Shown in pieces: positions 1 to 11,147 of a stretch of DNA of 32,000 bases. The notes below the pieces were generated by a model. That model saw only the letters and a list, made by a program, of their open reading frames with translations, was not told the DNA's origin and ran no database searches. The stretch's first letter is position 1, and each line of letters begins with the position of its first letter. The stretch spans positions 390,001 to 422,000 of the forward strand of contig NZ_OZ060386.1 of the NCBI RefSeq assembly GCF_964059055.1. The letters are read 5' to 3'. Source of the DNA: Buchnera aphidicola (Neophyllaphis podocarpi). GTDB taxonomy: Bacteria; Pseudomonadota; Gammaproteobacteria; Enterobacterales; Enterobacteriaceae. Made by a program: the position numbers and the translations under genes.

Positions 1-2
1 TA

Positions 3-749
3 AAACAACTAAAATTAGCTCTAAATACACCTATAAAAAAATTCAAAAAATTTGATGTTTGTAAAAATAAAATAAAAAAACAACTAAATTGTAATATATT
101 ACAAATGGAAAATGAACTTTATACACAAATTAGACCTAAAGTAAATATTAAACCTAATCAAATACATTATAAAGAATTACTGAATAAAGGTATAGAATAT
201 ATAGAAATAAGATCATTAGATGTAAATCCTTTTTCTTCTATAGGAATAAATAAAATACAGATGCATTTTTTAGAAATATTTATCATATGGTGTATGATAG
301 GAAGTTCCAAAAAAATGAATCAAACAGAACTAAATATTTCGAATGAAAATTGGAATCGTATTATATTAGAAGGTAGAAAACCTAAACAAATTATAAAATT
401 TAAAAAAAATAAAACAATTTATTTAAAAAATGTTATGAATCACATAATAAAAGATCTATATGAAATAGCAGAAATATTAGATGACAAATCAAAAAATAAA
501 TCTTATACAAAATCTTGCAATAATGTATATGAATTAATTAAATATCCAGAATTAACTTACTCTAATATTACTCTCAAAAAAAATCTAAAATATGGAATGA
601 AAGAAAGCGGTTTAATGTTAGCAGAAAAATATTTTAATAAATTTAAAAATAAATCAATGAAAATTTTAAAATATGAAGATTTTATAAAAGAAATAAAATA
701 TTCAAATAAACTAAAAAAAGAAATAGAAAATCAAGAAAAAATCAATTAA
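3..749 (+). CDS. gshA: glutamate--cysteine ligase, C-terminal part (5' end lies left of the window)
   Basis: The frame is open from nt 3, so the Met at 105 in the ORF track is internal. NILQMENELYTQIRPK, YIEIRSLDVNPFSSIGI and NWNRIILEGRKP match conserved GshA blocks as I recall them for E. coli (LQIENELYAPIRPK; YIExRSLDINPFSPIGI; NWNRVILEGRKP). TAA stop at 747-749. Confidence 0.9.
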   Translation, partial: KQLKLALNTPIKKFKKFDVCKNKIKKQLNCNILQMENELYTQIRPKVNIKPNQIHYKELLNKGIEYIEIRSLDVNPFSSIGINKIQMHFLEIFIIWCMIGSSKKMNQTELNISNENWNRIILEGRKPKQIIKFKKNKTIYLKNVMNHIIKDLYEIAEILDDKSKNKSYTKSCNNVYELIKYPELTYSNITLKKNLKYGMKESGLMLAEKYFNKFKNKSMKILKYEDFIKEIKYSNKLKKEIENQEKIN

Positions 750-849
750 TTAAAAAAACAAATTTATTATAAATAGAAATTTATTTAAATTAATTGCATA
801 AAAATATTTTTATACAATAAAATTATATCTAAATTTAAATTAAACTACA

Positions 850-877
850 TAAATCAATATACAAATATATTGATTTA
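850..877. repeat. 12-bp hairpin with a 4-nt loop in the gshA-endA spacer
   Basis: TAAATCAATATA (850-861), loop CAAA, TATATTGATTTA (866-877). It contains one C:G pair. No flanking T-run, so the function is unknown. Confidence 0.5.
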
Positions 878-1049
878 ATACATTAAAAAATAAAATTTCA
901 TACAAATTAACTAAGAAAATAAAATATATTTATACAATTAAACTTTAATATAAAAATATTATTTAGTTGTATACTATACATAATCAGTGAATTTTATTAA
1001 TAACTATATTATTATATTAAAATAATTTATTAATAAAATTGATTAAATA

Positions 1050-1754
1050 ATGTATATAAAACTAGTTATATTAATTATTATAATGTCTATATCATCTGTT
1101 TCAGCATTTGAATTAAAAAAAAATAAAAAAAATTTTTATCAAGCAAAAATTTTAGCAAGTAAAATAGAAAAAAAAGCTCCTGGAACTTTTTATTGTGGTT
1201 GTAAAATTATATGGAATAATAAAAAAGGAATACCAGATTTAAATTCATGTGGATATAAAATACGAAAAAATAAAGTGAGAGCAAATAGAATTGAATGGGA
1301 ACATGTAGTTCCAGCATCACAATTTGGAAATAAAAGAATTTGCTGGAAAATAGGAGGACGTAGTCAATGCGATAAAGATTCAGGATATCAAAAAATAGAA
1401 ACAGATTTGCATAATTTAAGACCTGCTATAGGAGAAATTAATGGAGATAGGTCTAATTTTTTATTCGAATTAATAAGAAATAAAAAATTGGTAAATCAGT
1501 ATGGAAAATGTAGCGTGAAAATTGATTTCAAAAATAAGATTATAGAACCTCCAGAAATAGCTAGAGGAGCTATAGCTAGAACTTATTTTTACATGAGAGA
1601 TAAATATAAAATTAAATTATCAGATAAACAATCGTATATTATGAGCATATGGAATAAAAAATATAAAGTTAGTTTATGGGAGTGTAAAAGAAATAATTTA
1701 ATTTCAAAATATCAAGGAAATTATAATTTTTATATAACAAATCAATGCAAATAA
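1050..1754 (+). CDS. endA: periplasmic endonuclease I
   Basis: 234 aa with a signal-peptide-like N-terminus (MYIKLVILIIIMSISSVSA). Conserved EndA blocks APGTFYCGCKI, RIEWEHVVPA, HNLRPAIGEINGDRSN and ARGAIARTYFYMRD. Followed by rsmE as in E. coli. Confidence 0.93.
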   Translation: MYIKLVILIIIMSISSVSAFELKKNKKNFYQAKILASKIEKKAPGTFYCGCKIIWNNKKGIPDLNSCGYKIRKNKVRANRIEWEHVVPASQFGNKRICWKIGGRSQCDKDSGYQKIETDLHNLRPAIGEINGDRSNFLFELIRNKKLVNQYGKCSVKIDFKNKIIEPPEIARGAIARTYFYMRDKYKIKLSDKQSYIMSIWNKKYKVSLWECKRNNLISKYQGNYNFYITNQCK

Positions 1755-1766
1755 TTTTTTATTAAA

Positions 1767-2504
1767 ATGAAAATTTATAGAATATATTTAAAAAATAATA
1801 ACATAAAGATTAATAAAAAAATCGTAATAAATAATATAAAACAAGTACATTATTTAAATAAAGTAGTAAGAATCAAACATAACGACTTAATAGAAATATT
1901 TAATAATAGTAAATATGTGTATCATGCAAAAATTATAAATTTAAAAAAAAACAATATACATATGAAAATAATAAAAATAATAGAAACAAAAAAAGAATCT
2001 TTCTTACAATTACATTTAGGACAAGTTATATCTAAAAAACAAAATATGGATTTTACTATACAAAAATCTGTAGAATTAGGAGTAAAAACTATTACTCCAT
2101 TAATTTCAGAAAAATGTTATAAAAAATACAAAAATGATGTATATGAAAAAAAAATAACACGATGGAAAAAAATAGCTGAATCTGCATGCTGCCAATGTCA
2201 AAGAAATATATTACCGAAAATTAATAACATAACTGAATTAAAAAAGTGGTGTATAGAACAAACTAAATCACTAAAAATATTTTTTAACCCTTATAGTTCT
2301 ATAAGTATTAAAAAACTACCAAAAAAACATATAAAAAATATAAGATTATTAATAGGATCAGAACATGGTTTTAGTAGTATAGAAATAGAATTATTAAAAA
2401 AAAATAAATTTTATGATATTTTGTTAGGGCCAAGAATATTAAGAACCGAAACTGCTTCAATTACAGCTATTAGTATTTTACAATTCAAATATGGAGATAT
2501 TTAA
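1767..2504 (+). CDS. rsmE: 16S rRNA (uracil1498-N3)-methyltransferase RsmE (YggJ)
   Basis: 245 aa. The C-terminal LIGSEHGFS...LGPRILRTETA is typical of the RsmE SPOUT family. Conserved endA-rsmE adjacency. Confidence 0.88.
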   Translation: MKIYRIYLKNNNIKINKKIVINNIKQVHYLNKVVRIKHNDLIEIFNNSKYVYHAKIINLKKNNIHMKIIKIIETKKESFLQLHLGQVISKKQNMDFTIQKSVELGVKTITPLISEKCYKKYKNDVYEKKITRWKKIAESACCQCQRNILPKINNITELKKWCIEQTKSLKIFFNPYSSISIKKLPKKHIKNIRLLIGSEHGFSSIEIELLKKNKFYDILLGPRILRTETASITAISILQFKYGDI

Positions 2505-2508
2505 AATT

Positions 2509-3096
2509 TTAAAAAATCCATAGTTTACTAGGAGTTAAAACATAAGGTAAACGAATATCCCAATCATAAACCGGAAAATTATCAACTAATTGAAAATCAT
2601 AAGCTAAACCAATAGGTATAATATTATATAAGTTATAATTATATAATAATCGGTCATAAAATCCTTGACCGAAACCTAATCTATTACCTTTTTTATTAAA
2701 AGCAACCAATGGAACAAAAATAATTTTGAGCTGAAAAATATCTATAGAAGCATTTCTTTCATAAAAAGGTTCTTTTATATTAAATTTATTTATTAATAAT
2801 TTAGCATTACTATAATAACGCACAAAGATAATTTTTTTTTCTTTAAAAGAAGATATTTTAGGAACGTAAACATTGTTACTATTTGATAATAAATTTTTAA
2901 TTAAATTAAAAGTATCAATTTCACCGTCAAAAGATAAAAAAATACCAACATTAAAATTTGATTTTACTATTCCGTAACTAAAAATATGATTAGATATTTC
3001 TTTACTAAAAAAAATTCTCTGTTTTTTAGTTATATTATTTCTTAGATGTCTAATATAATTTCTTATATTTTTGGATGATTTATCTTTAATAAACAT
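2509..3096 (-). CDS. ygfA: 5-formyltetrahydrofolate cyclo-ligase
   Basis: 195 aa with GNRLGFGQGFYDR, the G-x-G-x-G-[YF]-YDR signature of the 5-FCL family. Size agrees with the E. coli YgfA/Fau family. Confidence 0.82.
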   Translation of the reverse strand: MFIKDKSSKNIRNYIRHLRNNITKKQRIFFSKEISNHIFSYGIVKSNFNVGIFLSFDGEIDTFNLIKNLLSNSNNVYVPKISSFKEKKIIFVRYYSNAKLLINKFNIKEPFYERNASIDIFQLKIIFVPLVAFNKKGNRLGFGQGFYDRLLYNYNLYNIIPIGLAYDFQLVDNFPVYDWDIRLPYVLTPSKLWIF

Positions 3097-3132
3097 ATTG
3101 ATTAATACTATTTTAATATTTTTATTAATTGA

Positions 3133-3807
3133 TTATTTTCTCATGGTTTTTATACCACTATTTGTACCTATTAGAGCAATATCCGCTGTTCGATTAGCAA
3201 ATATACCAACGGTTACAACACCAGGTAATGAATTAATAAAATTTTCCATATTTAAAGGATTTGAAATATCTAAATTATGAACATCAATAATAATATTATT
3301 ATTTTCTGTAACTATATTTTGTCTAAGAACAGGTATTCCTCCTAATTTTATTATTTCTTTAGATATATAATTATAAGATAAAGGAATAATTTCTATCGGT
3401 ACAGGAAATTTTCCTAAATATTCTACTTTTTTAGATTCATCAACTATACAAATAAATTTATTAGCAAAATTAGAAATTATTTTTTCTTTAGTAAGAGCTC
3501 CTCCTCCACCTTTAATCATTTCTAAATTAGAATTAATTTCATCCGCACTATCTATATATAATACTAAAGAACTAATTTGATTTAAATCAAATACTTTGAT
3601 ACCTTCCCGTTTTAAATATGTAGTAGAAATAACTGAACTAGAAACTGTACCTTTTATAATATGTTTTATTGATTTTAAAGCGTGTGTTATAAAGTTAATT
3701 ATTGTAGTGCCAGTTCCTATTCCTATAATAGATCCAGGAGGAATAAAATCAATAACTGCATAACCTACAGATTTTTTTAACTGATCCTGATTCATAATAA
3801 AACTCAT
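3133..3807 (-). CDS. rpiA: ribose-5-phosphate isomerase A
   Basis: 224 aa. GIGTGTT near the N-terminus, DSADEI and KGGGGALTKEKI are RpiA active-site blocks. Confidence 0.93.
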   Translation of the reverse strand: MSFIMNQDQLKKSVGYAVIDFIPPGSIIGIGTGTTIINFITHALKSIKHIIKGTVSSSVISTTYLKREGIKVFDLNQISSLVLYIDSADEINSNLEMIKGGGGALTKEKIISNFANKFICIVDESKKVEYLGKFPVPIEIIPLSYNYISKEIIKLGGIPVLRQNIVTENNNIIIDVHNLDISNPLNMENFINSLPGVVTVGIFANRTADIALIGTNSGIKTMRK

Positions 3808-3961
3808 TATATAATAAAAAAATTGGTATAATTGAAGTCAAAGTATTACAAGATAAAAATCTTTAACAAATAAATATTTTTTATGTATATTTTATAAAAT
3901 TTAAATGAGGGGAAAAATAAACTTAATTATATAAAAATAACTGATGCAATTTATTGCAACT

Positions 3962-4033
3962 CTGGGGTACCTGGATTCGAACCAGGGATGCCGGTATCAA
4001 AAACCGGTGCCTTATCCTCTTGGCTATACCCCA
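3962..4033 (-). tRNA. glnU: tRNA-Gln (anticodon UUG)
   Basis: The reverse complement reads TGGGGTATAGCCAAGAGGATAAGGCACCGGTTTTTGATACCGGCATCCCTGGTTCGAATCCAGGTACCCCAG. It folds as a cloverleaf with acceptor UGGGGUA/UACCCCA, anticodon stem CCGGU/ACCGG, loop UUUUGAU and T-loop GGTTCGAATCC. U1:A72 and G73 match E. coli tRNA-Gln. CCA is not encoded. Confidence 0.9.
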
Positions 4034-4067
4034 AAAAAAAATAATAATAAATAACATTTTACATTTT

Positions 4068-4149
4068 TACGGGAGACGAGACTTGAACTCGTAAACCTTT
4101 CGGTGCCAGAACCTAAATCTGGTGCGTCTGCCAATTTCGCCACTCCCGC
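4068..4149 (-). tRNA. leuW: tRNA-Leu (anticodon UAG), long variable arm
   Basis: The reverse complement reads GCGGGAGTGGCGAAATTGGCAGACGCACCAGATTTAGGTTCTGGCACCGAAAGGTTTACGAGTTCAAGTCTCGTCTCCCGTA. This is nearly identical in architecture to E. coli leuW. Anticodon loop UUUAGGU, class II variable arm, A73 discriminator and a G1:U72 wobble. Confidence 0.9.
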
Positions 4150-4206
4150 AAAAAAGATTGTATTTTACATGAGTATATATAATAATTAATGTTAGTTGTT
4201 TAATTG

Positions 4207-4281
4207 TGGCTATGATGGGATTTGAACCCATGACCTCAGCGTTATGAGTGCTGCGCTCTAAACCAACTGAGCTACATAGCC
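4207..4281 (-). tRNA. metT: tRNA-Met, elongator type (anticodon CAU)
   Basis: The reverse complement reads GGCTATGTAGCTCAGTTGGTTTAGAGCGCAGCACTCATAACGCTGAGGTCATGGGTTCAAATCCCATCATAGCCA. The acceptor and D arm closely resemble E. coli metT (GGCUACGUAGCUCAGUUGGUUAGAGC). A paired 1:72 position argues against an initiator. A lysidine-modified tRNA-Ile2 cannot be fully excluded from sequence alone. Confidence 0.8.
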
Positions 4282-4462
4282 TTTATTAATTTTTATTTAC
4301 TGTTAAAATAAAAATTAATTATAACAACAAAAAAATTAAAAATAAACATATTACTTATGATAACCGTAAATTATATTTTATACAATAGTAAATTTATAAA
4401 ATGTATATAAAATAACAAATAAAAAATAAAATGTACTAATTATTCAAATTGTTGGTATCAAA

Positions 4463-6103
4463 ATGAAAAAAAATAATCATAAAATAAATTTCATTAATCA
4501 TATAATAAATAAAGATTTTGAAAAAAATAAAAAAATAAAAGTACGTACTAGATTTCCTCCCGAACCAAACGGATATCTGCATTTAGGTCATGCAAAATCT
4601 ATATGTTTAAATTTTGGAATTGCAAAATATTATAATGGAACATGTAATTTGAGATTAGATGATACTAATCCTGAAAAAGAAAATAAAAATTATGTAGAAT
4701 CTATAAAAAATGATGTTAAATGGCTAGGTTTCAAATGGCATGGTAAGGAGCATTACGCATCAGAATATTTTAATAAAATATATCAATATGCAATTGAATT
4801 AATCAAGAAAGGATTGGCATATGTTGATAGAATGTCAAAAAAAGAAATAAAAATACACCGTGGAACATTAAACACAAAAGGTAAAAATAGTATATATAGA
4901 ACACAATCTGTAAAAGAAAACTTATTTCTATTCAAACAAATGAGAAAAGGTAGGTTTAAAGAAGGAAGTATGTGTTTAAGAGCAAAAATCAATATGAGTT
5001 CTTCATATATAATAATGAGAGATCCTGTATTATATAGAATTAAATTTGTTAGACATCATAAAACTGAAAAAAAATGGTGTATATTTCCTATGTATGATTT
5101 TACTCATTGTATATCCGATGCTATTGAAAAAATAACACACTCTTTATGTACTTTAGAATTTGAAAATAATAGGCGTTTATACAATTGGATATTAAAAAAT
5201 ATCAATATAAATTTTTATCCAAAACAATATGAATTCTCAAAATTAAATTTAGAATACAATATTTTATCTAAAAGAAAAATAAAAAAAATAATAGAAAAAA
5301 AAATAATTAAAGGGTGGGATGATCCTAGAATTATGACTATTATTGGTTTAAAAAGAAGAGGATATACAGCATCTTCTATAAGAGAATTTTGTAATAGAAT
5401 TGGTGTTAGCAAAAAAAATAATTTAATAGAAATATGCGCTTTAGAAGCATGCATATCTGAAGAATTAAATAAAAATGCTAATAGAATTATGGCTATATTA
5501 AATCCTATAAAAATTATTATAGAAAACTTACATGAAAGTTATAAAGAAAATATATTACTTAAAAACCATCCAAAAAATATAAACATGGGAACAAGAAAAG
5601 CAATATTTAGCAAGGAAATATATATAGATAAAAAAGATTTTTGTGAAAACTCACATCCCGGATATAAAAGACTATCATTAGGCAAAGAAGTTAGACTGAG
5701 ATATGCATATATAATTAAAGCAACAAAAGTAGAAAAAGATAATAAAGGCAATATAAAAAATATTTTTTGTGTATGTGATTTAAACACATTAGGTAAAAAT
5801 CCTACAGATAGAAAAATTAAAGGAGTTATACATTGGATTTCAGCTTTAAATGCAATAAAAGCTAAATTTAATTTATATAATTATCTTTTTTTAATTAAAA
5901 ATCCAGAATTAGAAAAAAATTTTTTAAATTTTATTAATCCAAAATCTTTAGTTATTCAATACGGATTAATAGAAAAATGGAGCAAAAAAATAAAACCAGG
6001 ATCTAATTATCAATTTGAAAGAGAAGGTTATTTTTCAGCAGATTATAAAGAATTTACAAACAAAAACTTGGTATTCAATCGTATTATTAAGTTAAATAGA
6101 TAA
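4463..6103 (+). CDS. glnS: glutaminyl-tRNA synthetase
   Basis: 546 aa. Class I HIGH region [16 protein letters not shown], an MSK-type loop ILSKRK, and full-length collinearity with E. coli GlnRS. Confidence 0.95.
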   Translation: MKKNNHKINFINHIINKDFEKNKKIKVRTRFPPEPNGYLHLGHAKSICLNFGIAKYYNGTCNLRLDDTNPEKENKNYVESIKNDVKWLGFKWHGKEHYASEYFNKIYQYAIELIKKGLAYVDRMSKKEIKIHRGTLNTKGKNSIYRTQSVKENLFLFKQMRKGRFKEGSMCLRAKINMSSSYIIMRDPVLYRIKFVRHHKTEKKWCIFPMYDFTHCISDAIEKITHSLCTLEFENNRRLYNWILKNININFYPKQYEFSKLNLEYNILSKRKIKKIIEKKIIKGWDDPRIMTIIGLKRRGYTASSIREFCNRIGVSKKNNLIEICALEACISEELNKNANRIMAILNPIKIIIENLHESYKENILLKNHPKNINMGTRKAIFSKEIYIDKKDFCENSHPGYKRLSLGKEVRLRYAYIIKATKVEKDNKGNIKNIFCVCDLNTLGKNPTDRKIKGVIHWISALNAIKAKFNLYNYLFLIKNPELEKNFLNFINPKSLVIQYGLIEKWSKKIKPGSNYQFEREGYFSADYKEFTNKNLVFNRIIKLNR

Positions 6104-6232
6104 AATTTGATAAATATTAATTAAATAAAATAGATAAAAAGGTTTAAAAAATAAAATAAACAAGATATTCTTAAAAAAATTATAAATATTTTAAATCAAA
6201 TTTATGTAACAAAAAATTATATTTTTTATATT

Positions 6233-6275
6233 ATTACTAATAAAAAATTTTTAATTATTAGTAATTTATCTTTTA
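6233..6275 (+). terminator. candidate intrinsic terminator downstream of glnS
   Basis: A perfect 11-bp stem ATTACTAATAA (6233-6243) / TTATTAGTAAT (6255-6265) with an 11-nt loop, followed by the T-rich TTATCTTTT. It lies about 130 nt after the glnS stop. The stem is almost all A/T, so stability is modest. Confidence 0.4.
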
Positions 6276-6284
6276 AAAATCTAA

Positions 6285-7940
<1,656 letters not shown>

Positions 7941-7948
7941 ACAAAAAT

Positions 7949-7953
7949 AAGGA
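7949..7953 (+). promoter_or_regulatory. Shine-Dalgarno-like AAGGA for eno
   Basis: AAGGA lies 7 nt upstream of the eno ATG at 7961. G-containing pentamers are rare in this composition. Confidence 0.5.
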
Positions 7954-7960
7954 TAATAAT

Positions 7961-9232
7961 ATGTCAAAAATTACAAAAATAATAGGAAGAGAGATAATTG
8001 ATTCTAGAGGTAATCCGACAATAGAATCAGAAGTTCATTTAAAAGATGGAAGTATAGGAATAGCATCTGTACCTTCAGGAGCTTCTAAAGGAAGTCGTGA
8101 AGCAATGGAACTAAGAGATAGTGAAAATCCATATCGTTATCATGGAAAAGGAGTACAAAAATCTGTTAGTTATATAAATAAAGAAATACAACAATCTCTA
8201 AAAAATAAATGTGCTGAAAATCAACAAAATATTGATAACATAATGATTCAATTAGATGGAACTGAAAATAAATCTAGATTAGGTGCTAATACTATCTTAG
8301 CAGTTTCTTTAGCAGTAGCAAAATCAGCTTCAATATCTAAAAAAATACCTTTTTATCAACATATATCAGAAATTAATGAAACACCAGGAACATTTTCAAT
8401 TCCATTACCAATGATGAATTTAATTAATGGAGGAGCTCATGCAAATAATAATATTGATATACAAGAATTTATGATAAAACCAATAAAACAAATAAATATT
8501 AAAGAATCTATAAGAATGGGTTCGGAAATATTTTACACTCTTGGAAAAATTTTAAAAGAAAATAATCTAAATACAGCAGTAGGAGATGAAGGAGGATATG
8601 CCCCAAATCTAAAATCTAATAACCAAGCTATAGAAATATTGCTTAGTGCAATTAAAGAATCAGGATATATAATAGGAAAAGATGTGACATTGGCAATAGA
8701 TTGCGCTGCATCAGAAATATACAATAAAAAAACATTAAAATATAAATTAAAAGGAGAAAATAAAGAATTTTCATCAAAAGAATTTACGAACTATCTAAAA
8801 CAACTAACAGAAAAATATCATATAACTTCTATAGAAGATGGATTACATGAATCTGACTGGAACGGATTTAAGTATCAGACTAAATTAATGGGTAAAAAAA
8901 TTCAAATAGTAGGAGATGACCTTTTCGTAACTAACACTAAAATTTTAAAGAGAGGAATAAAAGAAAATGTGGCTAATGCTATTTTAATTAAATTAAATCA
9001 AATAGGATCGCTAACAGAAACATTAATGACTATAAAAATGGCAAAACAGGCGAATTATAAAGTAATTATTTCACATAGATCCGGAGAAACAGAAGACGTG
9101 ACAATATCTGATTTAGCTGTTGGAACTTCTGCGGGACAAATAAAAACTGGATCTCTAAGCAGATCAGAAAGAACTGCTAAATATAATCAACTAATTAGAA
9201 TAGAAGAAAAAATAACAAATACTATCATTTAA
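7961..9232 (+). CDS. eno: enolase
   Basis: 423 aa. [34 protein letters not shown] and SHRSGETED are canonical enolase blocks. Confidence 0.96.
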   Translation: MSKITKIIGREIIDSRGNPTIESEVHLKDGSIGIASVPSGASKGSREAMELRDSENPYRYHGKGVQKSVSYINKEIQQSLKNKCAENQQNIDNIMIQLDGTENKSRLGANTILAVSLAVAKSASISKKIPFYQHISEINETPGTFSIPLPMMNLINGGAHANNNIDIQEFMIKPIKQINIKESIRMGSEIFYTLGKILKENNLNTAVGDEGGYAPNLKSNNQAIEILLSAIKESGYIIGKDVTLAIDCAASEIYNKKTLKYKLKGENKEFSSKEFTNYLKQLTEKYHITSIEDGLHESDWNGFKYQTKLMGKKIQIVGDDLFVTNTKILKRGIKENVANAILIKLNQIGSLTETLMTIKMAKQANYKVIISHRSGETEDVTISDLAVGTSAGQIKTGSLSRSERTAKYNQLIRIEEKITNTII

Positions 9233-9254
9233 CAAAATTATTGATTAAATCATT

Positions 9255-9289
9255 AAAATAACGGGTATTTAATAAACTCGTTATTTTTT
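9255..9289. terminator. candidate bidirectional terminator between convergent eno and ispF
   Basis: A 9-bp perfect stem AAAATAACG (9255-9263) / CGTTATTTT (9279-9287). An alternative register adds G9265:C9277 and G9264:U9278 and leaves TTTTT (9285-9289) single-stranded. The reverse strand gives TTT after the stem. Confidence 0.45.
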
Positions 9290-9295
9290 AAAAAA

Positions 9296-9787
9296 TTATA
9301 TTTTTTGAACTAATGTTATTGCATGACATGCAATTCCTTCTGTTCTACCTACAAAACCTAATTTTTCTGTAGTTGTAGATTTAATGCTAATATTTTTATA
9401 TGAACAAGATAAATCTTTAGAAATATTAATCCGCATATCTTTTATATAAGGTGTCATTATAGGATATTCTGCAATAATTGTCATATCTGTGTTGGAAATA
9501 CAATATCCTATATTTTTAACTTTATCATAAGCTTTACGTAATAAGATACGACTATCAATATTCTTATAAATTTTTTTAGTGCTAGAAAAAAACAATCCTA
9601 TATCACCTAATGATACTGATCCTAATAAAGAATCTATTAAACAATGCAATAGTACATCACCATCGGAATGAGCAATTAAACATTTAGTATGAGGTATTAT
9701 CACACCTCCCATAATAAAACTAGTTTTTTTTTCTGTACTACTAAAAGCATGAACATCAAAACCACTTCCAATACGCATAATTATCAA
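9296..9787 (-). CDS. ispF: 2-C-methyl-D-erythritol 2,4-cyclodiphosphate synthase
   Basis: [21 protein letters not shown] and GLFFSST-type blocks. The ORF begins MIIMRIG, and the homologous start is probably the fourth codon (Met at 9778). Confidence 0.93.
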   Translation of the reverse strand: MIIMRIGSGFDVHAFSSTEKKTSFIMGGVIIPHTKCLIAHSDGDVLLHCLIDSLLGSVSLGDIGLFFSSTKKIYKNIDSRILLRKAYDKVKNIGYCISNTDMTIIAEYPIMTPYIKDMRINISKDLSCSYKNISIKSTTTEKLGFVGRTEGIACHAITLVQKI

Positions 9788-9794
9788 TAACCTC

Positions 9795-10505
9795 TTAAAT
9801 ATATACTGAATTTAAATAATAATTAATTAATTTTAAATCTTCAGGAAAAGTAAGTTTAATATTTTGATTAGATCCTAATACCATCTTAGGATAATATCCA
9901 CATAATTCTAAAGCAGATGATTCATCAGTAATTTTAATACCTTTTCTTAATATATATTTTAAACAATTAAATATTAATTTAAATGGAAAAATTTGAGGCG
10001 TCAATGAAAGAAATAAACTATCCCGATTAACTGTATGAGAAATATATTTATTATATTTTATAAATTTTATAGTATCTTTAATTTTATTAGTCAATATTCC
10101 GCCAACACTACTTGTATTAACTAAGTCTATTATTTTATTAAGATCTTTATATTGTAAACAGGGTCTAACTGCATCATGAATTAGTACCCATTCAGCATTT
10201 TTTACAAAAGATAATCCTAGAAATACAGAACTACAACGATTTATACCACCCCTAGTTACAAAAATACGTTTATTTAAATAAATAGGTAAGTTACAAAAAT
10301 AATTATCTTTTTTATGTAAAACAATTATTATTTTTATAATTCTAGAATCTTTCAGTAAAGTAGAAATAGAATGTTCAATTATTGTGCGTTTATTGATAAC
10401 TAAATACTGTTTAGGAAAATTTAATAACATTCTTTTTCCTATACCAGCAGCAGGTATAACAGCAACAATATTATTTTTTTTTAACTTCATAGTTAACTTA
10501 TACAA
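9795..10505 (-). CDS. ispD: 2-C-methyl-D-erythritol 4-phosphate cytidylyltransferase
   Basis: 236 aa. [11 protein letters not shown]...PKQYL and [10 protein letters not shown] motifs. ftsB-ispD-ispF order and orientation as in E. coli. Confidence 0.93.
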   Translation of the reverse strand: MYKLTMKLKKNNIVAVIPAAGIGKRMLLNFPKQYLVINKRTIIEHSISTLLKDSRIIKIIIVLHKKDNYFCNLPIYLNKRIFVTRGGINRCSSVFLGLSFVKNAEWVLIHDAVRPCLQYKDLNKIIDLVNTSSVGGILTNKIKDTIKFIKYNKYISHTVNRDSLFLSLTPQIFPFKLIFNCLKYILRKGIKITDESSALELCGYYPKMVLGSNQNIKLTFPEDLKLINYYLNSVYI

Positions 10506-10574
10506 TGTAAAATTAAAAATTAGTAATAAATATTAATTTAATGTAATAATTCTTGAATTAATCTATAAAAAATC

Positions 10575-10856
10575 TCATGATTTTTTAATTATTCCTAATT
10601 TACTAAGAGCTATACCTTTTATAGATTCTAATGTATTATTATTTATATATTCTATTTCTTTTAAAATTTTCTTATTATTTATTCTTGCTTTAATATTATT
10701 TTTTTTTATTTTAATAAAAGTTTTATATATAAAAAAGTAATCACAAAAACCATTTTTACCAAACCAAAAAGAATATTGCAACCAAAATAATAAAATAAAT
10801 AATATAAAAGTAATTTTGTCTATTTTAAAAAATTTATTTAAATTTATAGATAACAT
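10575..10856 (-). CDS. ftsB: cell division protein FtsB
   Basis: 93 aa. A single N-terminal hydrophobic segment followed by WLQYSFWFGKNG (E. coli WLQYSLWFGKNG), then a coiled-coil-like region. Sits directly upstream of ispD. TGA stop. Confidence 0.85.
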   Translation of the reverse strand: MLSINLNKFFKIDKITFILFILLFWLQYSFWFGKNGFCDYFFIYKTFIKIKKNNIKARINNKKILKEIEYINNNTLESIKGIALSKLGIIKKS

Positions 10857-11134
10857 TTATATATTATATAACCTTTAAAATATAAAAAATTAATAAAATT
10901 TAATAATTACATAAGATAATAATTAAAATAAGTTTAATTAAAATTAAAAATAAATTATTAAAATAAAAATATAAATTTATTTTTATAAAAAATTTAATAC
11001 AACAATATAAATATCAATTTTAATATAATTAAAATCATAAAACAATACAATAATTATTAAATTAATAACATAAAACATGTTATTTTAATATTACATAAAA
11101 AGTTAGATCAATACAATTATTGATTATATCACAC

Positions 11135-11138
11135 AGGA
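11135..11138 (+). promoter_or_regulatory. Shine-Dalgarno-like AGGA for polA
   Basis: CACAGGAAAAG, with AGGA 9 nt upstream of the polA ATG at 11148. Confidence 0.4.
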
Positions 11139-11147
11139 AAAGATTAT

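Noticed and set aside
3071-3280. 69-aa plus-strand ORF overlapping the ygfA start and the rpiA 3' end.
   Set aside because: It is antisense to two well-conserved genes. The protein is low-complexity and I/L/F-rich, as expected from reading A/T-rich DNA in the wrong frame. No start context.
3945-3958. A 5-bp hairpin TGCAA/TTGCA just downstream of tRNA-Gln, followed on the minus strand by TTATTTTTAT, as the tRNA operon terminator.
   Set aside because: The stem is too short and weak to support a call. It is plausible but unsupported.
4207-4281. The CAU-anticodon tRNA as initiator tRNA-fMet.
   Set aside because: Positions 1:72 are paired (G:C) and the anticodon stem lacks the three consecutive G:C pairs typical of initiators. 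The acceptor and D arm match elongator metT.
4286-4318. All-A/T palindromes: a 13-14-bp stem TTAATTTTTATTT/AAATAAAAATTAA upstream of tRNA-Met, AATTTTATATAAAATT in the gmk-ygfZ spacer (17302-17433), AAAAAAT/ATTTTTT at 6211-6227, ATAATTTT/AAAATTAT in the spacer upstream of typA (14543-14685), and ATTAAAAA/TTTTTAAT upstream of prfB.
   Set aside because: In spacers that are essentially 100% A/T, the chance of an n-bp inverted repeat is about 0.5^n per site. Several of this size are therefore expected by chance, and they are not reported as features.
4318-4323. TATAAT (minus strand) 36 nt upstream of tRNA-Met as the operon promoter -10 element, together with many other TATAAT/TTGACA-like hexamers across the spacers.
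   Set aside because: TATAAT-like hexamers occur constantly in this composition, and the matching -35 here is only 3/6. Promoters cannot be called from sequence alone.
4783-5787. Three minus-strand ORFs (4783-4992, 5215-5454, 5539-5787) inside glnS.
   Set aside because: They are antisense shadows of a highly conserved gene: hydrophobic, F/I/L-rich and low-complexity, with no homology recognisable.
8533-8724. 63-aa minus-strand ORF inside eno.
   Set aside because: Antisense shadow ORF within a conserved gene.
11100-11147. A DnaA-box-like TTATATCACA and the small palindrome TCAATA/TATTGA just upstream of polA.
   Set aside because: It does not fit the 9-mer TTATCCACA consensus in any register (at least 3 mismatches). 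The palindrome is 6 bp and A/T-rich.
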